A DNA stretch of 64,000 bases, from NCBI GenBank assembly GCA_002189035.1, contig NEEC01000002.1, forward strand, positions 6,262,001 to 6,326,000, written 5' to 3'. The notes below the pieces were generated by a model. It did not search any database, was not told the DNA's origin, and was given only the letters and a program-made list of their open reading frames with translations. Of the stretch, positions 1 to 12,807 are shown piece after piece (position 1 is the first letter of the stretch; the number at the start of each line of letters is the position of its first letter). Source of the stretch: Utricularia gibba. Lineage: Eukaryota > Plantae > Magnoliophyta. Made by a program: the position numbers and the translations under genes.

Positions 1-265
1 CTTACAAAGGAATAACCCAACAAAAGAAAGAATCTCAATGAGCAAGAAAAACTACCAGATGAGAAAGATCTTTGTGGCATGGCAGCCACACAATGAATGA
101 TGCTGATGATTGCTGTTCATGTCTCCATCATCTGCAAACATCTTGGCCGCCAAAAAGCCAGAAATCCTGCATATCTCTGACCAGCCAACAATTGACTTCA
201 CCTTCAGTGTTCTCAGAGGAGCCTTTGTTCCATAGGAAGGAGATTACAACTAGCTGATACATATA

Positions 266-2738
266 TTACACGACTTGTTCGCCAATCAAGTCGAATCCTA
301 CGAGCAAGAACGATATCCCTTGAAAGAGCAGAAAGTAGAAGTGAACCCCTTGAGCAGACATCAGACTTCTTATGGCAGCTGTGAGGAGGAGGAAAGCTAA
401 TGCCAGCTCTTTTGTGTAAATCCTGTTGTGCTTCTTCTTGGAAGCTTTGTGAACTTTCTGGGCAATCTCCTCCTTCAGTTCCTCCAGATTTGGCTCCGAA
501 GTACCTCTTTGTGGGGCACAGTTTTCTCAACCAAGGAAGCAAGGTCGCCTTCGGAAGAGCGCCCTGTTTTTTTGGTGACCACCCATTCGTAGGCACTTCC
601 AAGTTGGAAAAGACCAGAGATCATGGCATTGAACTTGGTAACCGACATAGTGTTCTCAAACAGAAGATACGGGACAATGAAAGGAAATGATTTGGGGGCT
701 GGGAGGATATTCAGAAACGACATAGTTGCCGGAATGTAGCAAACCACCCACGATGGTAGGGACGCCTCTGGAATGAACATAGTCATGGGAAGAATGATGC
801 AGAAAAGGGTGAATGAGTAGAAGGGAAGGATCAGCTTTCTAAGAAGGAAGAAGAGGAAGATCAGGTTAGCTTTTTTCCACACCTTGATCTGCATTGAAGT
901 GAACAACAGCTTCAATGAATGATCATCAATTTTCATCTTCCTACACTGCATGCAAAAAAAAAAAGAAGTTATTGTAAAATTACCTTTGCTTTGATGATTG
1001 AGGGCAAGCAGAGACGGAACAACTGCATTGGCCCTGAATGCCATCTGTGTTGCTGCTTTCTGTAGGCTTCGTATGACTCCGGCAGTTCACACTGGCACTA
1101 CAGTTTAAAACAACTGTGTTTTACTGCATTGATAGTGGATGAAAGTGCAATACTGTGGTGGCATACCTCCACATCATTGAGAAAGATGAACTTCCATCCA
1201 TGTAGATGAGCACGGACCGCGATGTCCATGTCCTCGACGGTGGTTCTCTCCAGCCAACCGCCTGATCCTTCCAAAGCCTTAATCCGCCAGACTCCGGCAG
1301 TCCCATTAAATCCAAAAAAGTTGAGGAAAATTCCATTGACTTGCTGCTCAACTTCGAAATGAAAAGCCAGATTGATGAGCTGCAGTCTGGTTAGAAGGTT
1401 CTCATCCTTATTCACAAATGACCATCTTGCTTGGACCAATCCAAGCTCCTCATTGTCCTACAACTCAAAGGCAGCAAACCGCAAATAAAATGATAAGAAT
1501 TTGATCAAAGGCCCATGCTCAATGGCTTCACCATGAGATGATGGTAGTTAAAATTTACCTTAAAGTGAGGAACGGTTCTCTTCAGGAAATCCGGGTTGGG
1601 TTGAAAATCAGCATCAAAAATAGCAACGAACTCGTACTCCTTAACATAGCTACAATTCATAGCAGACTTGAGATTCCCAGCTTTGTAACCCTCCCTTATT
1701 ACTCTGTGTCTGTAAATAATATTTGCCCCATTCTGATGCCAATGGTTCACCTCATCCCGAATCAGCAGCTGCGTTGTTGGGTCATCTGAATCGTCCAAAA
1801 CTTGAATGAGCAATCTATCCTTAGGCCAATCAAGATTACATACAGCTGCAATTGATTGTTGATACACCTGAATTTGTTCAAAAAACCAAGCAGAAACAGC
1901 ATTCAGATCCAATAATCCGGAAGAAACCAGAATGTTCGATTTCAAATGCGATGGATAAGCAGAGAGCAAAAGGAATTGCCACCTCTTTTTCATTGCACAT
2001 GGGAATCTGGACCAAAACCATGGGGAAATACGCATCTTTATCTCCAGATTCAGGATCCAAAGCTCCTGTTTTGGGAATTGGTTTAATCTTCCTCAGCTTT
2101 ATCCAGAAGCAACCCAAACAAAGGACTAGCCTGTCCAAGCTCTGAATGAGGAAGAGAATTATACACACATTTGCTAAGAGTTGAAGCGGTGGAGCAAGAT
2201 ATTCCACCCTAACCAAAACCCACTTGGAATAAAGCAAATCAAACACATCTCTAACAGCAAATCCGCTAGCCAGAGTATAAAGATGCTGCAGTTGGAGATC
2301 AGAACCTCCAAAATGCCACCCTTTAAAGTAGGCCACAATCTCAAATCCGAGAAGAACGAGAGACAGCCATAGTAGAGCCTTGATGCAGCTATAGAACCTT
2401 GATTTCACTGTCAGATTTTCTATTGAAGATTTGTCTGTGGAATCAGTCTTTCCGGCAACCACGCGGCGGCGGACTATGACGGCGAGAGACAAAAATGCTG
2501 CTCCGATAGAAGTGAGACAGCCGGCGGCTTTGTGGGCTTTCAACAGAATAACCCAAGTTAACTGCTTCGCATTCCTATTCCGGCCGCCCTTGGGAACGCC
2601 GTCGTTTGAGTAAAGAAAATCATCCTCCGACGGCGACTCCAGCTCCACCATAGACCAGTTGTTCGGGTTTTCCATTTTCACAACAACAGGAGTCCCCTTG
2701 TGAGTTTCTTTAGCCCACCAGTGCAAGGATGGACCCAT
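266..2738 (-). CDS. CSLC12: Cellulose synthase-like C (xyloglucan beta-1,4-glucan synthase, GT2); 5 exons; one -1 frameshift near 513-516
   Basis: Exons 2738-1983, 1867-1559, 1457-1167, 1097-984, 888-266 with GT-AG borders. Motifs [45 protein letters not shown]. The C-terminus [13 protein letters not shown]...[16 protein letters not shown]...DLIGEQVV* is in frame only if one base is added at the G4 run 513-516. Confidence 0.93.
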
Positions 2739-5700
2739 CTTCAAAGACCAATTTTTCAACTTTTGCTGTCAATTTTCTTCAGGAACCCAGATCAAGAAAT
2801 GCACGAGCCGGCGCTACAACTACGTGTAGTTGGTGAAATGGTGAAGACTCCCTATACGAACTCTCCTCAAAACTACCAGAAAAAAAGAACCCCACAGCGT
2901 CCTTGAACCCAAAACAGCGGAGAAATGTGAACCAAACCCAGATCTTCACGGAACCTGCAAAAGACTTGGTTTTGCAGTAATGACTCGGGAAGGAAGCCGA
3001 CCCACCCAGTCACTCTAAAGCACACACACACACTTCCAATCACAGGTTTCCCACAACCTTACAAGCAATAATTAATGATGGATCCCGTAAGGCGCTTAGT
3101 GAAACGACTATTCCTCAAAAGCATTTATATAATGAAGATTGAGAAAGTGAAACAGTGGTCGATGAATTGGGGAAGGTGGTTACCAGAAGAAAAAAGTATG
3201 AGTACAAGCTGGCCCTACACACATTACACCTATTTACACCTTGCACCAGATAGAGTTTGAATTGAAAAAGATGGGCATGCAATCTTCCCATACTCCTAAA
3301 CCCCATAATGTTAAAGTCAAACAAACTCAATCCTTAAATGTGCTTCCCGGACAAGCAGATCCTCTAAACATGGAATCAAACCCAGAAAAATCCACAGAGA
3401 CACTCCAAAAAACCACCAACTTTTCCCAAATACCAACAACAAACAAATGATTTGAACCCCAATCTTGTACTAATGCTACTTCGGGGAGTTTCCGATAATA
3501 ATTGCACAAATCAAGCATCACCTCCCCCATTTCCATTGCAATCGAATTACTTGTCTCCATACCGGCACATGCCGTAACACGCCATTCTTTCCCCTCCACC
3601 AAAGCTCCCAATTTTCACCGCCGGCTGTCGCCCTAACCATCAAACAGTTGACCTAACCAAATACGCGTAAACCCCTGCCAATAAATTTTAAATATTTACC
3701 CATATTTTAAATGATAAAAAATGATTTAATCAGAATTTTTCGGAATTTAATCTGATCCCATTAATTCATTTTAATTTAAATAATTAAATTGTGACTTTTT
3801 AAACAGAATTAGTTAATTTTTTTTTTAAAAAAAGGAGAAAAATGTATTAATGACGGAAAAGGACATGCAGAGCTGATTGCGCCGCTGAGCTCCACGTCAC
3901 CCATTTTGAATCTCATGTCACATGCAGGCTCTGCATCTGTCTCGACCCACGCGCGCTTAATCGGTAAATTCCGTAATTTTAATAATTAAATTAAAAGTCT
4001 CGATATTATCCAATTTTCTTTTTTTTTTCTTTTCGATGAAAAAAAAAGAGAATATTTAAATGCGGATTGATGGTACGATTTTAAATGTTTGGGCAACACT
4101 TTCTTCCTCTTAGGGGTACTTTATGGATCACACACATGAAGATGCTCCCATGCCATTATTTACGCTTTCGCATTTATACCCTCACCAACTCGCACTTATT
4201 ACCTTCCCTTCATTCTTTTAATATTTCAATTTTTTGCACTATTTAAATATAATGTCAAATATTTTAACATGTAAATGGCATGTGAATATATACATAGGAG
4301 ATAAGATATGTTTGATTGATAAATCATAAGTTGGATTAAAATTATTTTATTTATATGAAACTATAATTACATCATACAATAAATAAAAGATAAAAATGTC
4401 ATAAAAACTTTAGAAAATCTCATATTGGTTACAAATTAGATAAATTTAAAATTTATATAAAATAACTTTATCTAATTTTACATAAAAACTTTTTTGGAGC
4501 ATGAAAAAAACTTTAACATTAACTATGTTTTACTCAGGATAATTTCAAAATGGATGATTATATAACAAAATCTTGATCAATTAGTAGAAAAATATAAAAC
4601 TGTAATGGTTAAATATCCGAAACAAATAATATTATACAAAGGTAGCGGGAATCGTAGTATTTAAATATGTAAATTGGACAACAAGATTTTACATGTTAGG
4701 AAAATTAACTAGTAATATATTTTGAATTACTTATATTTTTTATAAACATATACTATATAGCTAAAATTAAAATATAAAATATACATAATTATTAATAAAT
4801 ATTTATTTGAATCACAAATAAACAATATAATTTTTGATTCCATAAGGAATTGAAGAGAATACAAGCGACAACCGAATCCCATTGAAACGGGTCGATTCAT
4901 ATGATTGAGAGTCACGTGTGGGGCCCAAGCGGCGGGCATGTCTCCGCAGGATATTCCATTCTGGTGCGGTGCGGTGCCTTCCCAAATTCCAATTTATTTG
5001 TATTTTTTTGTAATTTTTTATTAATAGTTATTTCTTTTTTTGATTCGGGAATCTATAGTCTAATAAAATAAAGATTATTGAGTTTACCATTTTATGGATT
5101 TTTTATTTTAAAAAATAATCCAATAAGATATATTCATTGACTTATAAATAGTAAACGAAATAGCATTTTATATTATTATTATTATTATAAGCAAGATAAT
5201 AAGAATTATATTATTAAAAAAGCATTAGATTCACTTATTTTTTTAATTAATATAGTGGAGAATCTTTCGATTTTCCATTTTATTTTCGTATTCGGAAACT
5301 AATTAAAAAAAATACAAATAAGAGAGCCAACTATTTTGATTTCCCAGTAAGGTACGGTGTGGATGCCAGCTTTTACTGGTCCAGCCATGGACCGGGTGGT
5401 GACCCCAAACCGCCGCCCGGGTGGTCTACGGTTCGAGAACATTTTAATGGGAATTTTTTCTTTTTTTTTGCATATTTCTAAATTTTACAAAATTTAAAGG
5501 TCTATTTATTTATGCTTCATTAAAAACACTTCAAATAAGTATTTCAAAAGTTAATATAAGCAGATATGAACCTACTTCAAAAAAATTGAAGCATTTAGGA
5601 ACGTTTTAATATTTCTACTTCAAAAAAATAGAAGTTATTTCTATTTTCAATAAAAATCATTTTAAAAACACTTAATTTAAAGTAGAAGCTGAAATAAATA

Positions 5701-5893
5701 AATCTTAATTTTTTATTTTAATTTGATATTTAAATATTTAATCAGATAATATCGTATCAAATTCAAATTCGAACGAATAATCAGTGATGGAGCAAACTTC
5801 AACGACCTTCACCCAAATAAAAAATCATTCATTTGCAATCTACGAAATCAAATGTTGGTTTGTATCGACGAATCGAGATAATTTATGTATGCA

Positions 5894-6035
5894 TAGAGTG
5901 GATGGGGGTGAATTATTGGTGCTAGTCGCATGAAGCAAGCTCTAAGGAGGCCAATATTTTGTACACGTTGGTGCCAACTTGCAGTTGGAGTTTCATGCCC
6001 TAAGTAGGTTTGGGGCACATTTCGCCCCCACTCTA
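5894..6035. repeat. Degenerate short inverted repeat, possible MITE relic
   Basis: TAGAGTGGATGGGGGTGAA (5894-5912) resembles the reverse complement of TTCGCCCCCACTCTA (6021-6035). GC-richer island in AT-rich intergenic DNA. No clear TSD. Confidence 0.25.
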
Positions 6036-6462
6036 GTGTACACACAATAAAGAATGTATCAATGCCTAAGATATTGTATTTATTCATTTTTGTAATGAAT
6101 ATAATGATTCTTTTTATTTTCTTTTTTTGAAAAAATGAAAGTTTACTGTGTAGAAGAATCTCAGGGTCGGGCCTTGAAATGTTGGGCCTGTCGGAGAGGA
6201 GCTTTCGGCCCAAGAGAGGGAATTCAGACAAGGGAGGTCCGGTTGTCTGCCATCATTCCGAGAAAGGGAGTGAGAGTGGAGCTCCGCTTTCGGTTCTTTG
6301 TCAAGTGGGGAGTGATCTGACGGTGGGTGTTTGATTTATTTAGTGCTTGATTTGGGATTCTGGGCACGTTGGGTGTTGTGGGTGGGTTTGCATTCAGCAG
6401 CTGTTGTTCAAATGGAGTGACGATTGGAAACGGGTGGAAACCGATCTGTTTTGTGTGCGGGA

Positions 6463-8002
6463 ATGGCGACAAGAAGGCCGGTAAATCCGTCGCGTCGGGT
6501 GGCGGATATTGAGAAGGCTCCGCTTTCTGAAACGCTTAGTTCAAGATCCGGACCTCCGTCGGCTTTTTCGGTGGCGCTCATTTTTCTGGTATCAATGTAC
6601 ACGCTTCTTAAGTTTTTCATCGATATTGTGTAGCATTTGCGGGGAAAAGTTGTCGCCTTTTGGCATCTGACGGCAGATTCTGTTTTCCATCTCTGCAGGG
6701 AGCCATTTTTGTTGTGGGTTATTTCCTTCGTAGTCAAGGTTATCTTTTCCCCCCTGCAATTGAATGTTGATTTCAACATGATGGACTTGCATTCTTTGTC
6801 GAAGATACTTGTGAACTTGTTGTCTGTATCTGCGTTCTTCGTGGTCACTCGTATTCATGTCATGTCTATGTGTCTAGTTAAAGTTACATTGTGTGGCCAT
6901 TTCCAGATATGATCTTTGATTCCTCTTTTGAGCAAGGATGCCTTCTCCTTTCAGGTGCTTTTGGAGTCAGTGAAGCTTTTAGTCAGGTAGAAGGTACTCG
7001 TGGTTTTCCAGTATTTTTTGCACAAAATATATGTTCTGTTAAAACTTGTCTAAAATTACTAGCCTCTGCTCTTCCAGGTGAATTCTTGTGTGCATCCGAT
7101 GTTGAACGTGGGATTCCAATTCTGAAGAAGGCGTATGGTGATAGCATGCGCAAGGTGTTGCATGTTGGCCCAAGTACTTGCTCTGTTGTTTCAAGAATGA
7201 TGAAAGAGGAAGACACTGAAGCATTTGGTATAGAACCTTATGATATAGAAGATGCAGATCCAACATGTAAGAGGCTTGTTCGCAGAGGCCTTGCTCGAGT
7301 GGTTGATATCAAGTTTCCACTTCCCTACCGGGCAAAATCGTTCCCCATTGTCATAATATCCGATGCTTTGGATTACTTGTCTCCAAAATATCTCAACAAG
7401 ACTCTTCCTGAATTAGCTAGAGTCTCTTCTGATGGCCTGATCATCTTCACTGGTAATGGAACTTATACCTTCTTTCTTGCTCTATGTATGTCTACAATAA
7501 CCCTCTTGTTTAATTTTCAACTAGAACGTCTCTTGTAGGTCATCCACGGCAACACAAGCAAAAACCTGCAGATAAAGCAAAAATCAGGAGTTCGGTAAGT
7601 CATCCTCTCTTATCCCTTCATGGGATGAAGCTCTTATATTTTGTCACTCAGATAAACTCCGCGTATCTTATCAGAACGAACATGTTATCAAAAATCTATC
7701 TATGAATCCCTACTGAGAGCATAATGCAGCCGTGTTTATTTTTCACTCTAGTGTTAGAAATGCATATTCCTAAGCCTTTTCTGCTCTACATGCTACTACT
7801 GTATAGTGAACTTGCACGATCCCAATAGTTTTCTCGTTATATGTTGTAGGTGAAGCTGAGGAGCGCGACGTGGTGGATTCGGTATTTTGTCCAAATGGGA
7901 TTAGAAGAAAATGAAGCTATAGTAAAGAAGTTTGAACAGGCTGCAGGTAAAAGCTATTACACACCAAAATGTCAGATGTTTCATCTCAAGCCATACCTGT
8001 GA
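6463..8002 (+). CDS. CGR2/CGR3: Cotton Golgi-related pectin (homogalacturonan) methyltransferase; 6 exons
   Basis: Exons 6463-6588, 6699-6738, 6955-6993, 7078-7452, 7539-7594, 7850-8002 splice into one open frame: MATRRPVNPSRRV..., ILKKAYGDSMRKVLHVGP, DIKFPLPYRAKSF, VSDALDYLSPKYLNKTLP-type motif, KLRSATWWIRYF...CQMFHLKPYL*. Confidence 0.92.
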
Positions 8003-8370
8003 TGTGCAAGTAAGAACATATTGTATGTAGTATGATCTTAGTTTCAACTACAAACTAACCCTGATGCATACCAACCAAGCCCAGGAGTAACCAGAGCATG
8101 TTCGTTTTCGATACTTTCAAACATTGCAGTGGGGATTTAGCCCCCATGGATTTTGTATCTGCCCCAAATTGATAGAGTTTTTGCTGAATTGTCTATAAAC
8201 CTAAAGAGATTGTCATTTTTCACTATTCGTTCTAAACAAGGGAAAGTTGGGTTCAATGGGGAATTCTTATATTATATCAAAGGAGACACTGATGATAGGA
8301 CAAGTCCTTGGCTCACTAATCTACATTGACTCACAGCCTGCTGCTGATAGGACAAGCTGTCACATTTGAA

Positions 8371-10582
8371 TCAGGGGCCGAGGCTGTAAGGGCCATGTCC
8401 CAAGTATTGAGCCCCATTGCAGTGGTGGTGCTGCAAGCCATCCATCACCATTAACTCAACTTCATCAGAGGGCTTCCAATGCCGTTTCCTCTGGTTTATG
8501 AACCAGTTGTTTATCTGTTTCTGATCCAGTCCAGTTGCTTCTCCTAGTGCCACCTTTTCCGACTCCTGCACCGGCAACTTGAAATCATTGGAACCAGCAA
8601 AAACATATAGGATGTTTGAAGCATGGCGGAATTATACCGATGGATAAGGCCATTTGTAGTGCAATTGCCACCACGTGAGCATCTTTTGTCTTGCCTCTCT
8701 TGGAAGTTTGCCTTTCTTCTTCTTCCTCGAGAACTCCTGCTTCAGGGTACTCAGATATCCACGATACTTGTTCCGGAGATAGTTTTTCAACTGAGGATCC
8801 ATAGCTCGTGGGTCGACCCCGGATTCCTCTTCCCCGCCACGCGCACCGCCGTGATAACCATCCGCCGAACCGCCATCACCGCGGGGTTGTGATCTTGGGG
8901 AGTACCCAAAATGCAATACAAAAAGGATCATCATTCATATTCCCATGATAAAATATAGCTAGATGTATCGGTGATCAACCCTTTTGCGAGTCATGTAAGA
9001 AGCTTCTACGAAAACCAGACTCAGTTACTACACTGAAGAAAACCAGCACGCAGATCCATGGCTGGGATGATAAGCATACCTTATAGCATTTGCAACAGAA
9101 ACTATCATCATATACAACCTCTGAAAACGACAAGAGTGGTTTATTACACACAGTAAAGTGAAATTCTTGGAAGAAGATGACATTGATTTCGATCGTCCTT
9201 CTCTTTTCATAAAAGTATACATTTGCATGGGACGAGACTTTTGAATGACCATTTACCTAACTGGGGGTCCGTAGAGCGGATTGAAAAGAAAGGCATGCCA
9301 CGAAGTAAGAAGATAAGGCTGTAGCGCAATGACATGAACGGCATCCAATGATCAACTCAAAAGTACAGAAATAGACAGACCACTAGGAGATGAGAGCATT
9401 AACTGCTGGACTCCTCTCTTCTCTGTCTCATACTTTTCCTTCCTAAATGCTTACTTTCACTTAATTATACGACAAACAAAAGGTGTTTTTCATAAAAACA
9501 ACAAGATAACACAGACTGCCGAACACATGTAAACAGACAGTTGAAAAAAGAATGCCTGAATTTAGGGCTTTTCGCTTTTTTACAGGGTAGGGTTATGCGA
9601 AGAACACCCACCGGAAAAGATGGCAGCAGTTGCAAAGGTGTATTCTGTTCACGTGGAAAGACTGTTTGGGTCAAACATTTGTGCTATAAACTAAGAATCC
9701 TGAGAATGCGTGTTGTTTATGTATCTCCCACATGCATGTACCCGGTGCAGACGTGAGAGTGAAAATTCAAACTCAAATAGGAGGCCGTACCGGTCGGAGG
9801 AGGAGGATTGGTGATCTGACTGAGCTGAGCTTCTGCAGTTCTCATGAATTCCATGGCTTCTTCCAATGGGGTCGTTAGTTTTTCTCGAAGCTTTACGAGC
9901 ATGTTGCAGTAGGCTTCCTGATCATTGCATAACAGATTGGGAAGCTCTTATGGTGGAGGGAGTGATGTGTGAGTTCCTTCAATCTTAATGAAAATGAGAA
10001 CTTGGAGTACCATGAATCGATCGAGTTCAGGGTCACTAGAATCCTGTGTAGTTGAACCGGAAGTGGGTCGCGGAGGCTCGAGATCTTGCCGGAGCTGAAC
10101 GAGACGCGCCACCGTCTCCGGGGGGCTCCGACCTTCGTATTTTAAAATAGACAACAAAGCGTATGTTCAGTCAGTCTACATGTTGGAAGAAGTATAGGGT
10201 TTGATCCCAAAAAGGATATCACCTTGTGGCAGTCGATGTAGGCTTGGATAAGATTGGGATACTGGGGATGGGCAACGATTTTGGATTTCATAGCTGCGAT
10301 CGCTTCACCGGACTCCTCGCCGGAGCACCGCCGTTCATGAGACGGCGTATTAGCAGGAGGGAACTGGAATTTAGTCTCGTGATCATCTTGCCATGCACCG
10401 TATTCCGTTTTAACAGAAGTGGGTTGATGCTGCTGCTGTTGCAGGGGTTGCAAGTGATGAAACCCCGTAAAGCCCAGCTGCCGGAGAGGGAGATCATGGC
10501 CGGACCCCCCGGCGCCGTACAACAAACCGCCGTCTCCCGGACAACTCAAGTGACCGTGCATCGGCCGATCGTAGCCGTCCAT
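8371..10582 (-). CDS. KNAT1: Class I KNOX homeodomain protein, BREVIPEDICELLUS/KNAT1-like; 5 exons; -1 frameshift at 10120-10125 and probably at 8883-8886
   Basis: Exons 10582-10223, 10132-10011, 9917-9791, ~8893-8638, 8565-8371. KNOX1 [17 protein letters not shown]2 [15 protein letters not shown]-like DPQLKNYL, homeodomain KKKKGKLP...[16 protein letters not shown]...[11 protein letters not shown]-terminal GPYSLGP is typical of BP. Exon 2 is 122 nt but needs 123. Confidence 0.92.
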
Positions 10583-12325
10583 CCTCAAGAATCCCCACCA
10601 AATGAAAACCCTAGATAAAGCCGGTGATTCAGTGAGAAACTCAAGCTCCAAAAGCACAACAGAATAGGGGTCCTATCGCAAGATTGGCAAATTTTGGAAT
10701 TCTAGAGCCTTCTAGATGGACCCCAATAACCGGCGAAAATTTTCCGATGAATCATCGCCGCCGCAGAAGGGCATCGGGAGACTAACCAAAAAGGCTCCGC
10801 TTTAGAGGACAAGAACGTTACTCCCCCTTTATCTCATTTTCTTAAATAAAAAAACCTAGAAATTGATATTATTAAAAATAGAGATTTTATTGTTTAAAAA
10901 AATTAAAAGGCGAAATTTGTGCCTCCATGCAAACCACGTGTCCTCACCCGTATGGGCCCATTCATCCCTTAGACCTAAACTGGGCCCAGCTCCGACACCG
11001 ACACACGACACCTCAATGAATTTTTTTATTCAAAATAAAATGTGAAATTCCTAATGGGACAATGGGCTCTCCACTTCCCCATGATTTGTGGGCAACGTGC
11101 AGGTTTTCCGGTTTGTGGGGTAAATTCGTAATTTCCTCTGGGGCTACGTTGTCTGAATCGCGGCCAGCCAGCACCCCGTAATTTTCGCGTGGTTTGACGG
11201 GCCCCACATTCAAACTGTCTTATTTATGCAATATTTAAAATGTGTTTTTTATATAATTTAGGATTAATTAATTGAAAATTAAATTCTCCATTTTCATTGG
11301 ATAAATTGATCCTAAACCATCCTTTGACAAGAACTGATCACCTAACCATCCCAACCCCAATCCGTCCTCATTAACATTTGTCATGACCTAATTTAATATT
11401 GTATAATATTATTTGTTTTGAGCATTTAAATTTTACGATTTTATTTTTTTAGTTTTGAAAAGAAAATTACTCGTAAAAGAGTAAGAAGTTACTTATTTAA
11501 GTATATCTACTTTCACATTCGTAATTAATATGAGATACCGTAACTAATCTTTTGATCTTATACCGTAATTTTTGTAAGCTGTGTTACGAAAAGCTTTATT
11601 CGTATAACATATGATCTTGGTAGTAACGTGCATGAGGCCAGTCACCAATATCAAGGAAGCATCTATACAAGCATCTTTCCATTGGGTTCTCGTGACGGCC
11701 CAACGTTTTAAATGGGCCGCATGGTAGGCCCATTAGATGTCCACGTGCGGTCTGTGGAGACTGTCCCGACGCAATGAATGCTCGCAGTTGCAAGCGTGGG
11801 GAATTGGAAAATTTGTACGTACCAAATAGACTGTCGTCCCCATCCCATGTTGAATCAGAAAAGCTTGAAGTTTGTGTGTGCGTGTGGGTGTTTCTGACAT
11901 GTTTTGTGATCCCTTCTTCACAAATGAAAAGACTTTTCACTCCCGAAAATGAGAGAAAGTCATCACCTTTTCCATGATTACCAGCAAAATCATGGTCTGG
12001 AGAGGAATGACGTTGTTTGAAAGTGTTGTGGGGATGAAGAACTCTTGCGTGAGTCTGGAGGCAAATGATCCTTTTTTCTCCATCGCCCACCCAACTTGGG
12101 CACTGTTTCACGCAGAAGCTACAGTTCCCACCCATCAACTCCACTTCAACAGAGTGTTTTGCAGGGAACAGCCTGGAGCTTCCTTTCTCTGGTTACTGTT
12201 TCTTGGTTCTGTTCCTGTAAAACAACAGTTGTTTAGTTGGTCCCCGGCCTCTTGCTGTATCTGTATCTTTGGTCTTCTTCTTAGGTCAGTGCTCGGTTTT
12301 CCCTCTCCTGCAAGAAAATTCTCCA

Positions 12326-12807
12326 ATGGCCTTTACTAGATTCAACTCCATTCTTCTAAGCACTAGTTTCATGCAACTGATTCTACTGTACCTTCATCTT
12401 TCGCTTCTGCTGCTGAACTCAGCAACCCATTGCATGGCTGAAGCTGAAGGTGAAGTTTTGCTCTGCAGGGAACACAGAAAAGGTCCTCAATGAACATTTC
12501 TGTTTCTCTTGCAGGTTCACAGACTCCGGTGCCTGGGAAAACCACCATGGTAAGTGAGAAAAACATTGAGCAACTGCAGCGGATGAAGGGAGAAACTAGC
12601 ATGAAGATCATGGGATTGATAGGATCAAGGCCGCCAAGATGCAATAACAGGTGTGCTTATTGTCATCATTGCGAAGCAGTTCAGGTTCCGATCACTCCAA
12701 TGGACAAGAAGACTATGAGACTCAGATACTACACCAGGGATGAAATTCTGGACTACAAGCCCATGCGGTGGAAGTGCAAATGTGGGAACTTTTTCTTTGA
12801 CCCATAG
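12326..12807 (+). CDS. EPFL2: EPIDERMAL PATTERNING FACTOR-like cysteine-rich peptide precursor; 2 exons
   Basis: Signal-peptide exon 12326-12449, 65-nt GT-AG intron, exon 12515-12807 encoding IGSRPPRCNNRC..C..CEAVQVP...DYKPMRWKCKCGNFFFDP* (EPFL1/2 Cys pattern). Confidence 0.88.
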
